Positions 1-10,294 of a DNA stretch of 64,000 bases are shown piece by piece. The DNA comes from Planctomycetota bacterium (GTDB lineage Bacteria > Planctomycetota > UBA1135 > UBA2386). The number at the start of each line of letters is the position of its first letter. The first letter of the stretch is position 1. The position numbers and the translations under genes were made by a program. The notes under the pieces are model-generated. The model was not told the origin of the DNA. It saw only the letters and a list, made by a program, of their open reading frames with translations, and made no database searches. The stretch covers positions 1,536,001 to 1,600,000 of the forward strand of contig JBKAGP010000001.1 of NCBI GenBank assembly GCA_046290465.1, written 5' to 3'.

Positions 1-1470
1 TACCCGCACGCCGGCCCCGACCTGTCGTGCACGCAGTACGCGGCGCTCGGCCTCTACATCGGCCAGAAGCACGGCATCAAGATCGATCCGTCGCACTTCC
101 TCGATCTGCTCGACTCGCTCGAGGACTACCGCGGCGACGTCGACAAGATCACCAACCCCAACGTCGGCGAGGGCCGCACCGGCGCCGCCAAGGTCGAGAT
201 CGCCGGCTATCGCTATCGTCGCCACGCCGAGGGCGAGCCGTGCACCGGCTCGATGACGACCGCGGCGCTGGCGGTCATGCAGATCTGCAAGGCCGGCCTC
301 GGCAAGAAGCTGCGCCGCACCACCCGCAACCAGATCGAGCGCGCCAGCGACGCGGCGATGATCTGGATGGGCAAGCACTTCACGCCCGACAAGAACCCGT
401 TCGGCGGCCACCACTACTACTACCTCTACGGCTGCGAACGCGCCGGCGCGCTGCTGCGCACCGAGCAGTTCGGCCAGCACTGGTGGTACCTCGACGGCGC
501 GAAGTTCCTGGTCGGCAGGCAGGACAAGAAGGACGGCAAGTGGAGCAACGTGACCGACACGTGCTTCGCGCTGCTGTTCCTGCGCCGCGCGACCAGCGGC
601 CACGCGCCGACCACCGGCCTCGGCGGCGCCAACACCCACAGCTTTGCGGTCGGTGACGAGAACAGCGACGTGCGCCTGCGCGGCGCCGGCCAGCAGCCGC
701 TGTCGATGTGGATCGACGGATTCGGCAAGGACCTGCTCGACCTGCACAGCGAGTACGGCCTGCGCGTCGTCTCGGTCACCTACGAGGACGACCAGGGCAA
801 CGTGCTCGGCAAGGTCGCCAGCGATCCGAGCAAGACCTGGAACACCGAGACGTATCTCTACCGCGACAAGGCGATCGCCCGCGGCGCGCACAAGATCCGC
901 GCCAGGCTCGAGGTGCTGACCAACGACAGCATTCCGGGGCAGACCGACGCGACTGCGGAGCTGACGTCGGGCTGGATGGAGGTCAAGATCCGCGACGTGC
1001 TGGCGCCGTGGATGGAGACCGCGACCAACGCCTACCGCGAGAACATCCTGCGCCTGCAGAAGGCCAAGGTGACGGTGTCGAGCGCGGCGGATCGCAACCC
1101 CGGCGAGCACCTGATCGACGGCTTCGAGTCACGACGCTGGCTGGCCGAGGCCGAGGACGACGAACCGACGGTGACGTTCTCGTGGCGCAAGGCGCAGAAG
1201 GTCGGCCGCATCATGCTGACCGGCCTGGCCCAGCACGACCGGGAGCTCGGTCGCTTCGACGGCTTCGCGATCGAGTTCGCGGTCGGCAACGACCGCCGCC
1301 GCTGGACCCGCATCGACGTGCCGAGCGACTCGCTCGAACCGGTGGTGTTCGAGCTCGACAAGCCGCGCAAGATGCGCAGCCTGAAGATCCGCTTCGTCGA
1401 CCGCGTCAAGCGCAACGGCCAGCTCGGCCTGTCCGAGTTCGCGCTGCTGCCGCCGGCCAAGAAGCGCTGA
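1..1470 (+). CDS. Prenyltransferase/squalene-oxidase-repeat (alpha/alpha toroid) protein with C-terminal F5/8 type C (discoidin-like) domain; 5' end lies outside window
   Basis: Frame 1 is open from base 1 (YPHAGPDLSCTQYAALGL...). Motifs TGSMTTAALA, YYYLYGCERAG, WWYLDGAKFL, DTCFALLFL. C-terminal LIDG...RW...LGLSEF discoidin pattern. Confidence 0.65.
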   Translation, partial: YPHAGPDLSCTQYAALGLYIGQKHGIKIDPSHFLDLLDSLEDYRGDVDKITNPNVGEGRTGAAKVEIAGYRYRRHAEGEPCTGSMTTAALAVMQICKAGLGKKLRRTTRNQIERASDAAMIWMGKHFTPDKNPFGGHHYYYLYGCERAGALLRTEQFGQHWWYLDGAKFLVGRQDKKDGKWSNVTDTCFALLFLRRATSGHAPTTGLGGANTHSFAVGDENSDVRLRGAGQQPLSMWIDGFGKDLLDLHSEYGLRVVSVTYEDDQGNVLGKVASDPSKTWNTETYLYRDKAIARGAHKIRARLEVLTNDSIPGQTDATAELTSGWMEVKIRDVLAPWMETATNAYRENILRLQKAKVTVSSAADRNPGEHLIDGFESRRWLAEAEDDEPTVTFSWRKAQKVGRIMLTGLAQHDRELGRFDGFAIEFAVGNDRRRWTRIDVPSDSLEPVVFELDKPRKMRSLKIRFVDRVKRNGQLGLSEFALLPPAKKR

Positions 1471-1492
1471 CGCGCCGCCGACGACGCGGGGA

Positions 1493-2059
1493 CTACCGGT
1501 GCCGCTTCCAGGCGCGCTCGAGCGCGTTGGCGAACTTGCGGTCGCCGCCGCTCTCGCCGGCGACGTAGAGCACGAACTGGCTGCCGTCGTCGCGCTCGAT
1601 CGTGATCAGCGCGTCGTCGACCCAGCCCTCCGCGTAGCGCACGTCGACGTCGGCGATCTCCTCGTACGGCGCCGCATCGACCTGCAGCTGCTCGTCCTCG
1701 GTCCAGTAGCTGATGACCCGCCGGTCGGTGCACAGATTGCCGTCCTCGAGGTAGTCGAACAGGCCGCCGCAGTACAGGTAGAGCACCCGCTCGTCGTCCT
1801 CGAGGATGTCGGCGTCGCGCAGCCTGGCCACCACGCGCGCCGGCACGTCGTCGCCGGCGACCGCGGCCGTGTCGGGGAAGTAGCCGAGTTCGAACGCCAT
1901 GCCGATCGCCACCAGCGACAGCATCAGGATGCCGGCGAGCACGAAGCCGACGATCGCGACGGCACCCCCGGGCGAGCGCCAGAAGCTCTTCTTCACGCGC
2001 TTCTCGGGCAAGTCGGGCGGTAGCGGCGGCGGGGTGCTGGCGATCACGTCCTCGGACAT
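1493..2059 (-). CDS. Hypothetical single-pass membrane protein
   Basis: 188-aa ORF with one hydrophobic segment (GAVAIVGFVLAGILMLSLVAIGMAF). TAGGAT -10-like hexamer 6 nt upstream of ATG. Confidence 0.7.
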   Translation of the reverse strand: MSEDVIASTPPPLPPDLPEKRVKKSFWRSPGGAVAIVGFVLAGILMLSLVAIGMAFELGYFPDTAAVAGDDVPARVVARLRDADILEDDERVLYLYCGGLFDYLEDGNLCTDRRVISYWTEDEQLQVDAAPYEEIADVDVRYAEGWVDDALITIERDDGSQFVLYVAGESGGDRKFANALERAWKRHR

Positions 2060-2241
2060 GCAGCCATCCTAGTCCACGGGGTCGCGCGAGTTCGCGGCGA
2101 ACCGCCGACCGCAGTGTCAATGCAGCGCGCCGCATCGGAGCACGTTCGTAGCGCGTCTCGGTGGTTTCCCGGGCAGAAGCCGACGCGCGCATCGGCCATA
2201 CTCCGCCTCGAACAACTCGCTACGAACCTACTCCGAAGAAC

Positions 2242-3264
2242 ATGCACACCCCCCTGCTCGCCCGTAGTCCGCTCTCCCGCACCCTCTTGACCGTCTCGCT
2301 GCTGGCCGCCACCCCGCTCGTCGCGCAGACGAGCACCGCGTCGACCGTGATCACCCACGACGGCGTCGGCTGCCAGTACGGCAACGGCTGGCTGACCAAC
2401 TACGTGACCCCGGGCGCCGGCATCACGTTCGCCTACGACCAGTCGACCGGCGTGCTCGACGTCACCATCGACAACACCACGCCCGTCGTCGCCGGCGAGG
2501 CGACCGCGACGATCAGCGAGGTCCACTTCAACCTGCCGCCCGGTGCCGTCACCGGTGCCGTGCTGGCGAACCAGACCGGCGCGGGCGGCGCCACGCCGGC
2601 CTTCACGCTGAGCTTCGACGCCGACACCGCTGCCGCGCCCAACCCCAACGGCGCCGGCTGCCTGGGCAACTTCAACGTGACGCTGAGCGGTGGCGCGATC
2701 GCCAACGCGGCGGCCACCAACGTCGCGACCGCCAACCCGACGATCGGCCCGGTCACGTTCTCGATCCAGCTGACCGGCCCGGGCACCGACGGCATCGACG
2801 CGGAGGCCGCGATCGCGACGATCTCGCAGAACGCCACCATCGCGACCAACGTCGCGGCGACGTTCCAGGACGGCGGCGTCACCGGCACCGACGCCGGCAT
2901 CTCGGGCGCCTGTGACTTCTGCCGCACGGCGATGTACACGACCGGCAGCCGCACGCCGGGTGGCCAGTTCGACATCTGCGTCTCGGGCGGCTACGGCTGC
3001 CACGCCTGCGTCTGGGTCTCGGCCACCGCCGGCCCGACCACGGTCGGCAACGAAACGATCCCGATCGGCCTGCCGATCGCGGCAGCCTGGACGCTCGGCA
3101 ACTTCGGCCTCGCGGGCGCCGGCAACTCGTTCTGCATTCCGGTCAACGTGCCGAACAACCCGCAGCTGAGCGGCTTCACGTTCCACGTCGTGAACATCAC
3201 CTACAACGCGCTGAACGTCGTCGACTACAGCTTCTCGGCGCCGCTCGAGATCGTCATCAACTGA
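2242..3264 (+). CDS. Secreted Thr/Ala/Gly-rich beta protein with recurring C-terminal domain
   Basis: Signal peptide MHTPLLARSPLSRTLLTVSLLAATPLVA|Q. Strong codon bias. C-terminus ...IPVNVPNNPQLSGFTFHVV...SAPLEIVIN. Confidence 0.8.
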   Translation: MHTPLLARSPLSRTLLTVSLLAATPLVAQTSTASTVITHDGVGCQYGNGWLTNYVTPGAGITFAYDQSTGVLDVTIDNTTPVVAGEATATISEVHFNLPPGAVTGAVLANQTGAGGATPAFTLSFDADTAAAPNPNGAGCLGNFNVTLSGGAIANAAATNVATANPTIGPVTFSIQLTGPGTDGIDAEAAIATISQNATIATNVAATFQDGGVTGTDAGISGACDFCRTAMYTTGSRTPGGQFDICVSGGYGCHACVWVSATAGPTTVGNETIPIGLPIAAAWTLGNFGLAGAGNSFCIPVNVPNNPQLSGFTFHVVNITYNALNVVDYSFSAPLEIVIN

Positions 3265-3559
3265 TCGTCCGCAGCCGCAGCCGGACCGCGCCGCGCTCGA
3301 CGGCGCCCATCTCACGCCAACGGGTGATCTCGTCGACGGTCCGGCCGCAGCCGCGACAGAGGGTGCGCGCCTCGTCGAGCGTGCACAGGCTGACGCACGG
3401 CGACGGCACCTCGCCGGCGGCGCACGAACGGCACAGCTGCCGCTGGTCGAGGCCGTGATGGCTGGCGAACACCAGCACCTCGGCGACCGCCGACCGCGTC
3501 CCGACCTCGTTGCGGGGCACCACGGCGGAGCAGATCGGACACGAGACGTCGGCGTTCAC
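3257..3559 (-). CDS. DUF1289 family Cys-rich protein with extra N-terminal CxxC pairs
   Basis: PSPCVSLCTLDEARTLCRGCGRTVDEITRW is the DUF1289 signature. GTG start at 3559 inferred. Confidence 0.7.
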   Translation of the reverse strand: MNADVSCPICSAVVPRNEVGTRSAVAEVLVFASHHGLDQRQLCRSCAAGEVPSPCVSLCTLDEARTLCRGCGRTVDEITRWREMGAVERGAVRLRLRTIS

Positions 3560-3629
3560 GGGGCGAAGACGAGACCCGAATCGAGGCCTCGGCGCAATCC
3601 TCGGCCGTCCCGCCGCTAAGCTCTGCGCC

Positions 3630-6236
3630 ATGCACGTCGCAGCCCTCGCCTCGTGGCTCTCCCTCGTCCCGCTGGCCGCCCAACAGCATCCGGAGCGCGA
3701 ACCGGTCCCCGCCAAGGTCGCCCGCGCCCGGCCGCAGTCGCCCGAGCAGGCGATCGCCTCGTTCCAACTGCCAACCGGCTACCGGCTCGAGCTGGTCGCA
3801 AGCGAACCGATGATCCAAGAACCCGCGGTGCTCGCGTGGGACGGCAACGGCCGCATGTACGTCGCCGAGATGCGCACCTACATGCAGGACATCGACGGCA
3901 CCGACGAACTCGCCGCCACCAGCCGCATCAGCCTGCTCGACGACACCGACGGCGACGGCCGCATGGACCGGCACTCGGTGTTCGTCGACGGGCTGGTGCT
4001 GCCGCGCATGCTGCTGCCGCTGCAGGACGGCGTGATCGTGCGCGAGACCGGCACGCTCGACCTGCATCTCTACCGCGACACCGACGGCGACGGCAAGGCC
4101 GACGACAAGCAGCTGGTGTTCGCCGGCGGCAAGCGCGGCGGCAACCTCGAACACCAGCCGTCCGGCCTCGACTGGAACGTCGACAACTTCCTCTACGTCA
4201 CCTACACCAACCGCCGCTATCGCTTCCGCGACGGCAAGGTCGAGGCCCACCCGATCGCCGCCGGCGACGGCCAGTGGGGCATGACCCACGACGATTGGGG
4301 CCAGTGCTTCTACTCGCGCGCCGGCGGCGAGGTGGTCGCGTCGAACTTCCAGCAGAACCTGCAGTACGGCAAGCTCGCGCTGCCGGGCCAGCTCGAGCAC
4401 GGCTTCCACGAGTGCTGGCCGATCGACGACATCCCGGACGTGCAGGGAGGTCTGCGGCGGGTGCGCGACGACGGTTCGCTCAACCACTTCACCGGCTGCT
4501 GCGGCCAGAGCGTGTTCCGCGGCGATCGCCTGCCCGAGGAGCTGCGAGGCAACCTGTTCGTGCCCGAGCCGGTCGGCCGCCTGATCCGCCGCGCCACCGT
4601 GCACGACGTCGACGGCACCCGCGTGCTGCGCAACCCGCACGTCAGGTCCGAGTTCCTGCGCACCAGCGACGCCAACTTCCGGCCGATCAACACCTACACC
4701 GGCCCCGACGGCACGCTCTACATCGTCGACATGTATCGCGGCATCATCCAGGAGGGCAACTGGGTGCGGAAGGGCAGCTACCTGCGCGGCGTGGTGCAGG
4801 AGTACGGCCTCGACCAGAACATCGGCCGCGGCCGCATCTACCGCCTGGTCCACGACGACCATCAGCCGGGCCCCCGCCCGCGCATGCTCGACGAGAGCAG
4901 CGCCGAACTGGTCGCGCACCTGGCCCACCCCAACGGCTGGTGGCGCGACAACGCACAGAAGCTGCTGGTGGTCCGCGACGACCGGTCGGTAGTGCCGGCG
5001 CTGCAGCAGATGATGCGCGGCCACCGGAACCCGCTGGCGCGGCTGCACGCGATGTGGACGCTGCACGGCCTCGAGGCCTTTGCCAGCGACGACGCGGTGC
5101 GCTGCCTCGCCGACGCGGACCCGCGCCTGCGGGCCGCCGCGATCCGCGCCGCCGAGCGCTTCCTCGGCGAACAACCGTCGGCCGACGTGCGCACCGCGGT
5201 GGTCTCGCTGGCCACCGACGACGACCTGCAGGTCGTGCTGCAGGTGCTGCGCACCGCGCTCTACGCGCGCCTGCCCGGCTACGAGGAGCTGGTGCGCAGC
5301 ATCGTCGCCGCCCACCCCGACAACGCCGCGATCGAGGGCACCGCCCGCAGCTACTTCGAACGCGTCGCGCGCGAACGGCAGGAAGCCGCCGAGCGCGCCG
5401 CGATCGCCCGCAAGAACGCCGAGCTCGCCGACGCCATCCAGCGCGGCGCCAAGATCTACAAGTCGCTGTGCTTCACCTGCCACGGCAGCGACGGCAAGGG
5501 CGCCCCGGTCGTCGGCATCGAGGGCATGAAGCAGGCGCCGTCGCTGATCGGCTCGCCGCGCGTGCTCGGCTCGACCGAACGCCTCGGCCGGATCGTGCTC
5601 AACGGCCTGCAGGGTCCGGTCGACGGCAAGACCTACATCGCCGCGATGGCGTCGATGTCGATGAACGACGACGCCTGGATCGCCGACGTGCTGACCTACG
5701 TGCGCAACAGCTGGGGCAACCAGGGCGAACTGGTCACCGAAGCCGAGATCGCCCGCGTGCGTGCGGCGTGCAAGGACCGCAGCGAGCCGTGGACGCTCGC
5801 CGAGCTGAAGCCGTTCGACCCGGTGCTCGAGGGCCGCAGGCGCTGGAAGCTGACGTCGGATCGCAACCAGGCCGAGCTCACCGGCTGCATCGACGGCGAC
5901 CCGTCGACGCGCTGGACGACCGGCGAGACCCAGCGGCCCGGCACCTGGCTCGTGATCGAGCTGCCCGAGGCGGTCGAGGTCGCCGCGATCGACCTCGACA
6001 CCACCGCGTCACCCGGCGACTGGCCGAAGCGCTACGAGCTGCGCACGTCCGAGGACGGCAAGCAGTGGAGCCGGCCGATCGCCAGCGGCAAGGGCTCGAA
6101 GGACGCGTCGCGCATCACCTTCGCGCCGGTCACGACGCGCTGGCTGAAGGTCACGCAGAAGGGCAAGAAGGGCGGCCTGTGGTGGTCGATCCACGAACTC
6201 AACCTCTACGGGCCGAAGGCGACTAGCGCCCGTTGA
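3630..6236 (+). CDS. PVC-type heme-binding membrane-bound dehydrogenase-like protein (beta-propeller + HEAT + cytochrome c + F5/8 type C)
   Basis: FQLPTGYRLELVASEP, DTDGDGRMD repeats, FRPINTYTGPDGTLYIVDMYRGII, HPNGWWRDNAQKLL, heme motif CFTCH, C-terminal IDGDPSTRW...WSIHEL. Confidence 0.85.
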   Translation: MHVAALASWLSLVPLAAQQHPEREPVPAKVARARPQSPEQAIASFQLPTGYRLELVASEPMIQEPAVLAWDGNGRMYVAEMRTYMQDIDGTDELAATSRISLLDDTDGDGRMDRHSVFVDGLVLPRMLLPLQDGVIVRETGTLDLHLYRDTDGDGKADDKQLVFAGGKRGGNLEHQPSGLDWNVDNFLYVTYTNRRYRFRDGKVEAHPIAAGDGQWGMTHDDWGQCFYSRAGGEVVASNFQQNLQYGKLALPGQLEHGFHECWPIDDIPDVQGGLRRVRDDGSLNHFTGCCGQSVFRGDRLPEELRGNLFVPEPVGRLIRRATVHDVDGTRVLRNPHVRSEFLRTSDANFRPINTYTGPDGTLYIVDMYRGIIQEGNWVRKGSYLRGVVQEYGLDQNIGRGRIYRLVHDDHQPGPRPRMLDESSAELVAHLAHPNGWWRDNAQKLLVVRDDRSVVPALQQMMRGHRNPLARLHAMWTLHGLEAFASDDAVRCLADADPRLRAAAIRAAERFLGEQPSADVRTAVVSLATDDDLQVVLQVLRTALYARLPGYEELVRSIVAAHPDNAAIEGTARSYFERVARERQEAAERAAIARKNAELADAIQRGAKIYKSLCFTCHGSDGKGAPVVGIEGMKQAPSLIGSPRVLGSTERLGRIVLNGLQGPVDGKTYIAAMASMSMNDDAWIADVLTYVRNSWGNQGELVTEAEIARVRAACKDRSEPWTLAELKPFDPVLEGRRRWKLTSDRNQAELTGCIDGDPSTRWTTGETQRPGTWLVIELPEAVEVAAIDLDTTASPGDWPKRYELRTSEDGKQWSRPIASGKGSKDASRITFAPVTTRWLKVTQKGKKGGLWWSIHELNLYGPKATSAR

Positions 6237-7206
6237 GCCTGGTCAACGCCTCCAGGTAGACGGCGCGGCGCTGCCGCAGGTCCCAGACCGTCGAGCCGTC
6301 GGGCTGGTGCACGAGGACGCCCTCGGTCGCCGCGAGCAGCTGCAGCAGCCGTTCGGTGTAGTTGCGGAAGCCCCACGTGCCGAGCCGCTCGACGGCCCAG
6401 GTCTCGAACTCGGGCACGACGTTGTGCGACTGCTGCTCGAGGAAGGTCACGATCCGCTCCTTGTGCAGGTCGAACACCGGATACTCGATCGACGCGAGGT
6501 CGACGAACGTGCGCCGCTCGAGGCTGTAGACCAGCAGGCGGCGGGCTCGCCAGCGCTCGTCGATGTCGGGCACCAGGTAGCGCTGGCGCGCGCCGGTGTT
6601 GACCCACAGCAGCAGGTCCCCGAGGCGCAGCATCAGCCGGTCCGGCATCGCCGCCTCGGCGGTCGCCGCGCGCGCCAGGTCGTCGTCGCAGATCTCGAGG
6701 ATCTCCTGCAGCGGCGTCGCCGTGTGCCGTTCGACGTCGACCTCGAACGACGCGACCTGCAGCAGCCGCCGCACCCGGCGCACGACGACGCACTGGTCGC
6801 CGAGGAAGTGCACGCGGCCGCCCCGGTTGGTGTTGAGGTCGTCGTAGTCCTCGGTGCCGCAAGGCGTGCGCGGCTGCAGCGGGTAGGCGAGCCGCTCGCC
6901 GTCGGCGAACGACAGGAACGGCGGCCCCCCGACCGGGTCGACGAAGCACAGCCCGTCGTCGCGCAGGAACACCGCCGCAGCCCCGGTCGAGTCCTCCTGG
7001 TGGATCCGCCGCCCCTGCTCGGCGCCCGGCGCGAACCGCAGCACCTCCTGCCCGAACCTCGGTGCGTGCGCCCCGGGGCGCGACGTCTTCGTGTAGTGGA
7101 TCTCGACCCGCCAGTCCCCCGCGACCACGACCTTCGGTTCCCTCGCGCGGTGCTGCGCCGGGAGCGCAGCGACCAGGACCGGCAACAGCAGCGACGCCAC
7201 CTTCAT
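6223..7206 (-). CDS. Hypothetical secreted protein
   Basis: Signal peptide MKVASLLLPVLVAALPA|Q; 327 aa; TAGCAT hexamer 7 nt upstream of ATG. Confidence 0.7.
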   Translation of the reverse strand: MKVASLLLPVLVAALPAQHRAREPKVVVAGDWRVEIHYTKTSRPGAHAPRFGQEVLRFAPGAEQGRRIHQEDSTGAAAVFLRDDGLCFVDPVGGPPFLSFADGERLAYPLQPRTPCGTEDYDDLNTNRGGRVHFLGDQCVVVRRVRRLLQVASFEVDVERHTATPLQEILEICDDDLARAATAEAAMPDRLMLRLGDLLLWVNTGARQRYLVPDIDERWRARRLLVYSLERRTFVDLASIEYPVFDLHKERIVTFLEQQSHNVVPEFETWAVERLGTWGFRNYTERLLQLLAATEGVLVHQPDGSTVWDLRQRRAVYLEALTRLNGR

Positions 7207-7274
7207 GAGCCGGATGCTAGCGGCGACGGCGAAGCGCGCGTGTCAGGGATCGGTAAGCGCCGTACGATGCCGGC

Positions 7275-8819
7275 ATGATCCTGACCGCCGCCGCGTTGGC
7301 GCTGCTGCTGCAGCAGCAGCCCGAGCGCTTCCCCGCAAAGCCCGAGCAGGACGCGCGCCGCTACGAGCTCGACCTGCGCGTCGACCTCGACGCGCAGCAG
7401 CTCCACGGCACCGTGGTCTACACGTTCACCGCGCTGCAGGACCTGACCTCGATCCGCCTCGACGCGAAGCGCTCGGCCGACTGGACGGTGCGGTTCACGA
7501 CCATGAGCGGCCAGCCGATCGAGGCCGAGTGGCACGCCGAGCACTGCATCGTGCCGCTCGCCCGCACCGCCGCGAAGGGCAGCGACGTGCGCTTCCGCGC
7601 CGAACTGTCGGGCAGGCCCGTCGACGGCTTCTACTTCCAGAAGAACCGCTACGGCGCGCCGATGGCGTTCACCGACCATTACTCGATCCGCGCCCGCGGC
7701 TGGCTGCCGTGCGAGGACCACCCGTCCGACCGCGCGGTGTTCGTCACCACGCTGCGCTGTGCGAGCGACCAGCAGGCGGTCGCGTTCGGCCTGTCGCAAG
7801 GCGTGCTCGGACCGGCCGAGAAGGGCTACGTGAGCCGACGGTTCGTCGGCGGCAGTGAGATCCCGCCGTACATGTACGCGCTGGTCGTCGGCCCGCTGGA
7901 GCGGGTCGCCGAGGCCGGCGACCCGCGGCTGGTCGACCACTTCGTCTACCCCGAGGACGTCGCCAAGGCGAAGCGCTCGCTGGTCCACCACGCCGCCTGG
8001 ATCGCGGCGATGGAAGCGACCTTCGGCGCGTACCCGTACGGCAAGTACACGACCGTGCAGTGCCCGACCCGCTGGGGCGGCTTCGAGGCGCCCGGCAACG
8101 TGCAGCTGGCCGAGGGCCTGTTCGATCGCGGCGGTGTCGGCACGCTCGCGCACGAACTGGTGCACATGTGGTTCGGCGACGCGATCGGCTACGCCGCCTG
8201 GCGCGAGGTCTGGCTCAGCGAGGGCTTCGCCAGCTACTTCGGGCCGTGGCTGCACGCGCGGACCGGCGGTCCGACGCTGCAGCAGAGCCTGGCCAACCTG
8301 CGCGAACGCTGGCGCAACAGCTTCGAGGGGCGCACCAAGACGATCCGCGACGACCGCTTCGCGCACCCCGACCAGGCACTCAACGCCAACACCTACCCGA
8401 AGGGCGCGTGGGTGCTGCACATGCTGCGCGGTGAGGTCGGCGACGAGGCGTTCTTCGCGGCGCTCAAGGCCTACGTCGCGCAGTTCCGCGGCCAGTCGAT
8501 CACGACCCGGCAGTTCGTCGCATGCATCGAGCAGCAGACCGGCGAAGAGCTGAGCTGGTTCTTCGACCAGTGGCTCGACCGCGTCGGTTGCCCGACCCTG
8601 CAGGTCGCACGCACCTCGACCGGGCTCCGCATCGAACAGATCCAGAAGGGCGCGCCGTACCGCTGCTGGCTGCGGCTGCGCTGGCAGGGCCAGGACGGTC
8701 GGCCAGCCGAGCGGCGGGTCCGCCTCGACGGCGCGCGGACCGACGTCGCGATCGACGGCCCGTGCGACGAACTGCAGCTCGACCCCGACGTCGAGCTGCT
8801 GTTCCGCAGCGCGAAGTAG
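7275..8819 (+). CDS. M1 family zinc aminopeptidase
   Basis: HELVH + WLSEGFASY zinc motif, YPKGAWVLHMLR, GGFE variant of the GxMEN motif. Confidence 0.9.
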   Translation: MILTAAALALLLQQQPERFPAKPEQDARRYELDLRVDLDAQQLHGTVVYTFTALQDLTSIRLDAKRSADWTVRFTTMSGQPIEAEWHAEHCIVPLARTAAKGSDVRFRAELSGRPVDGFYFQKNRYGAPMAFTDHYSIRARGWLPCEDHPSDRAVFVTTLRCASDQQAVAFGLSQGVLGPAEKGYVSRRFVGGSEIPPYMYALVVGPLERVAEAGDPRLVDHFVYPEDVAKAKRSLVHHAAWIAAMEATFGAYPYGKYTTVQCPTRWGGFEAPGNVQLAEGLFDRGGVGTLAHELVHMWFGDAIGYAAWREVWLSEGFASYFGPWLHARTGGPTLQQSLANLRERWRNSFEGRTKTIRDDRFAHPDQALNANTYPKGAWVLHMLRGEVGDEAFFAALKAYVAQFRGQSITTRQFVACIEQQTGEELSWFFDQWLDRVGCPTLQVARTSTGLRIEQIQKGAPYRCWLRLRWQGQDGRPAERRVRLDGARTDVAIDGPCDELQLDPDVELLFRSAK

Positions 8820-8851
8820 GCGCAGCGGCGGCCGCTGCTATCGTGCACGCC

Positions 8852-9283
8852 ATGTCCCCGATCCCGGCCAGCGTGCGCATCGCGCGCCCGACCGACCGAC
8901 TCGAACCGCTGGTCCGCCAGTACGAACAGGCGCTGGGCCTGCAGCGCCTCGGCGGGTTCGACGACCACGACGGCTTCGACGGCGTCATGCTCGGCCATCC
9001 CGGCCAGCCGTGGCACCTCGAGTTCACGCGCGAACGCGGCGCAGCGGCCGGCGGCGGCCCGAGCCCCGAGCACCTGCTGGTGCTCTACCTCGGCGACGAG
9101 TCGGCACACCGGGCGGCGGTCGAGCGCGCACGCGCCGCCGGCATGCGTGAGGTCGCGGCGCACAACCCGTATTGGGCGCGCACCGGCGTGACGTTCGAAG
9201 ACCTCGACGGCTACCGCGTCGTGCTGGCGCCGGGCACGTGGCCCTCGACGGCGGGCGACCCGGCCGTCGCAGCAGCGCGATGA
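8852..9283 (+). CDS. VOC/glyoxalase family protein (YycE-like)
   Basis: VRIARPTDRL, FDDHDGFDGVMLG, HLEFT, LLVLYL, NPYWARTGVTFEDLDGYRVVL. Confidence 0.85.
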   Translation: MSPIPASVRIARPTDRLEPLVRQYEQALGLQRLGGFDDHDGFDGVMLGHPGQPWHLEFTRERGAAAGGGPSPEHLLVLYLGDESAHRAAVERARAAGMREVAAHNPYWARTGVTFEDLDGYRVVLAPGTWPSTAGDPAVAAAR

Positions 9284-9906
9284 TCGAAGCCCTGCAGTAC
9301 CTCGCCGTCGTCGCGTCCGGGCTGTTCGGCGTGCTGCTCGCGCGCAGCAAGGGCATGGACGTCGTCGGCATCGCGTGGGTGGCGTTCATCGTCGCGTTCG
9401 GCGGCGGCACCCTGCGCGACGTGCTGCTCGATCGCGGCACGCTGTTCTGGATCGAGCACGAGCACTACGCGTGGACCCTGTTCGCGATCGCGGTCGCCGG
9501 CGCCGTGCTGCCGCGGCTGCCGCGACGGCTCGAGTCGTGGCTGCTGATCCCCGACGCGCTCGGCATGGCGCTGTTCAGCATCGCCGGCGCCAAGATCGCG
9601 ATCGACGCCGGGATGTCGCCGTTCCTGGCGTCGCTGTTCGGGGTCATCACCGGCTCGTTCGGCGGCGTCATCGCCGACGTCGTCTGCAACGAAGTGCCGC
9701 GCATGTTCCTGCCGACGATGCCGTTCTACTCGGTCTGCGGGTTTGCCGGCTGCTGGCTGTTCCTCGGACTGCGCGCCGCCTCGGTGCCCGAGGACGTGAC
9801 GCTGTGGGCCGGCGTCGCCGCGGCGGTCGTGCTGCGGCTGCTCGCCCACCACCGCGGCTGGCGCTTTCCCAGCCGGGATGCCGAGGCGCCCGCGAAGCGA
9901 AGCTGA
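9280..9906 (+). CDS. Trimeric intracellular cation channel family / UPF0126 (YadS-like) membrane protein
   Basis: GMDVVG...AFGGGTLRDVLL and duplicated GVITGSFGGVIADVVCNEVP. ATGA overlap with the upstream stop. Confidence 0.9.
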   Translation: MIEALQYLAVVASGLFGVLLARSKGMDVVGIAWVAFIVAFGGGTLRDVLLDRGTLFWIEHEHYAWTLFAIAVAGAVLPRLPRRLESWLLIPDALGMALFSIAGAKIAIDAGMSPFLASLFGVITGSFGGVIADVVCNEVPRMFLPTMPFYSVCGFAGCWLFLGLRAASVPEDVTLWAGVAAAVVLRLLAHHRGWRFPSRDAEAPAKRS

Positions 9907-9968
9907 ACTGCGCCCCGGCGACCGCCGGAGCCCCGTGCGGATAGAACGTGCGGACAACCCGTTCGGAC

Positions 9969-10001
9969 AAAAAAAGAGCCCCGCGGGTTCGCCGCGGGGC
10001 T
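9969..10001 (-). terminator. Rho-independent terminator downstream of tRNA-Asn
   Basis: Stem AGCCCCGCGG/CCGCGGGGCT followed on the minus strand by a T7 tract. Confidence 0.8.
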
Positions 10002-10025
10002 GCTTGGTCCGTCAACGCGGACGAA

Positions 10026-10101
<76 letters not shown>

Positions 10102-10137
10102 TCGCTCCGAAAGGGATTCGACCCGATCGGGGCGGAA

Positions 10138-10165
10138 ACCTTAGCCGAGCTTTCGAACAGTTCAA
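10138..10165 (-). promoter_or_regulatory. Putative sigma70 promoter of tRNA-Asn
   Basis: TTGAAC-16nt-TAAGGT on the minus strand upstream of the tRNA. Confidence 0.5.
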
Positions 10166-10294
10166 GCGCCGTCTCAAGATCGACCCGGCACCGCGCGCGT
10201 GGGTCGAAGCCCCGGCAGCACCGGACGGTGGCGGCCGGCCGGATGGGCCGAGGGTGCCAGCTCGAATCCGCCGCCGCGCTGGTAAGGTGCGCGC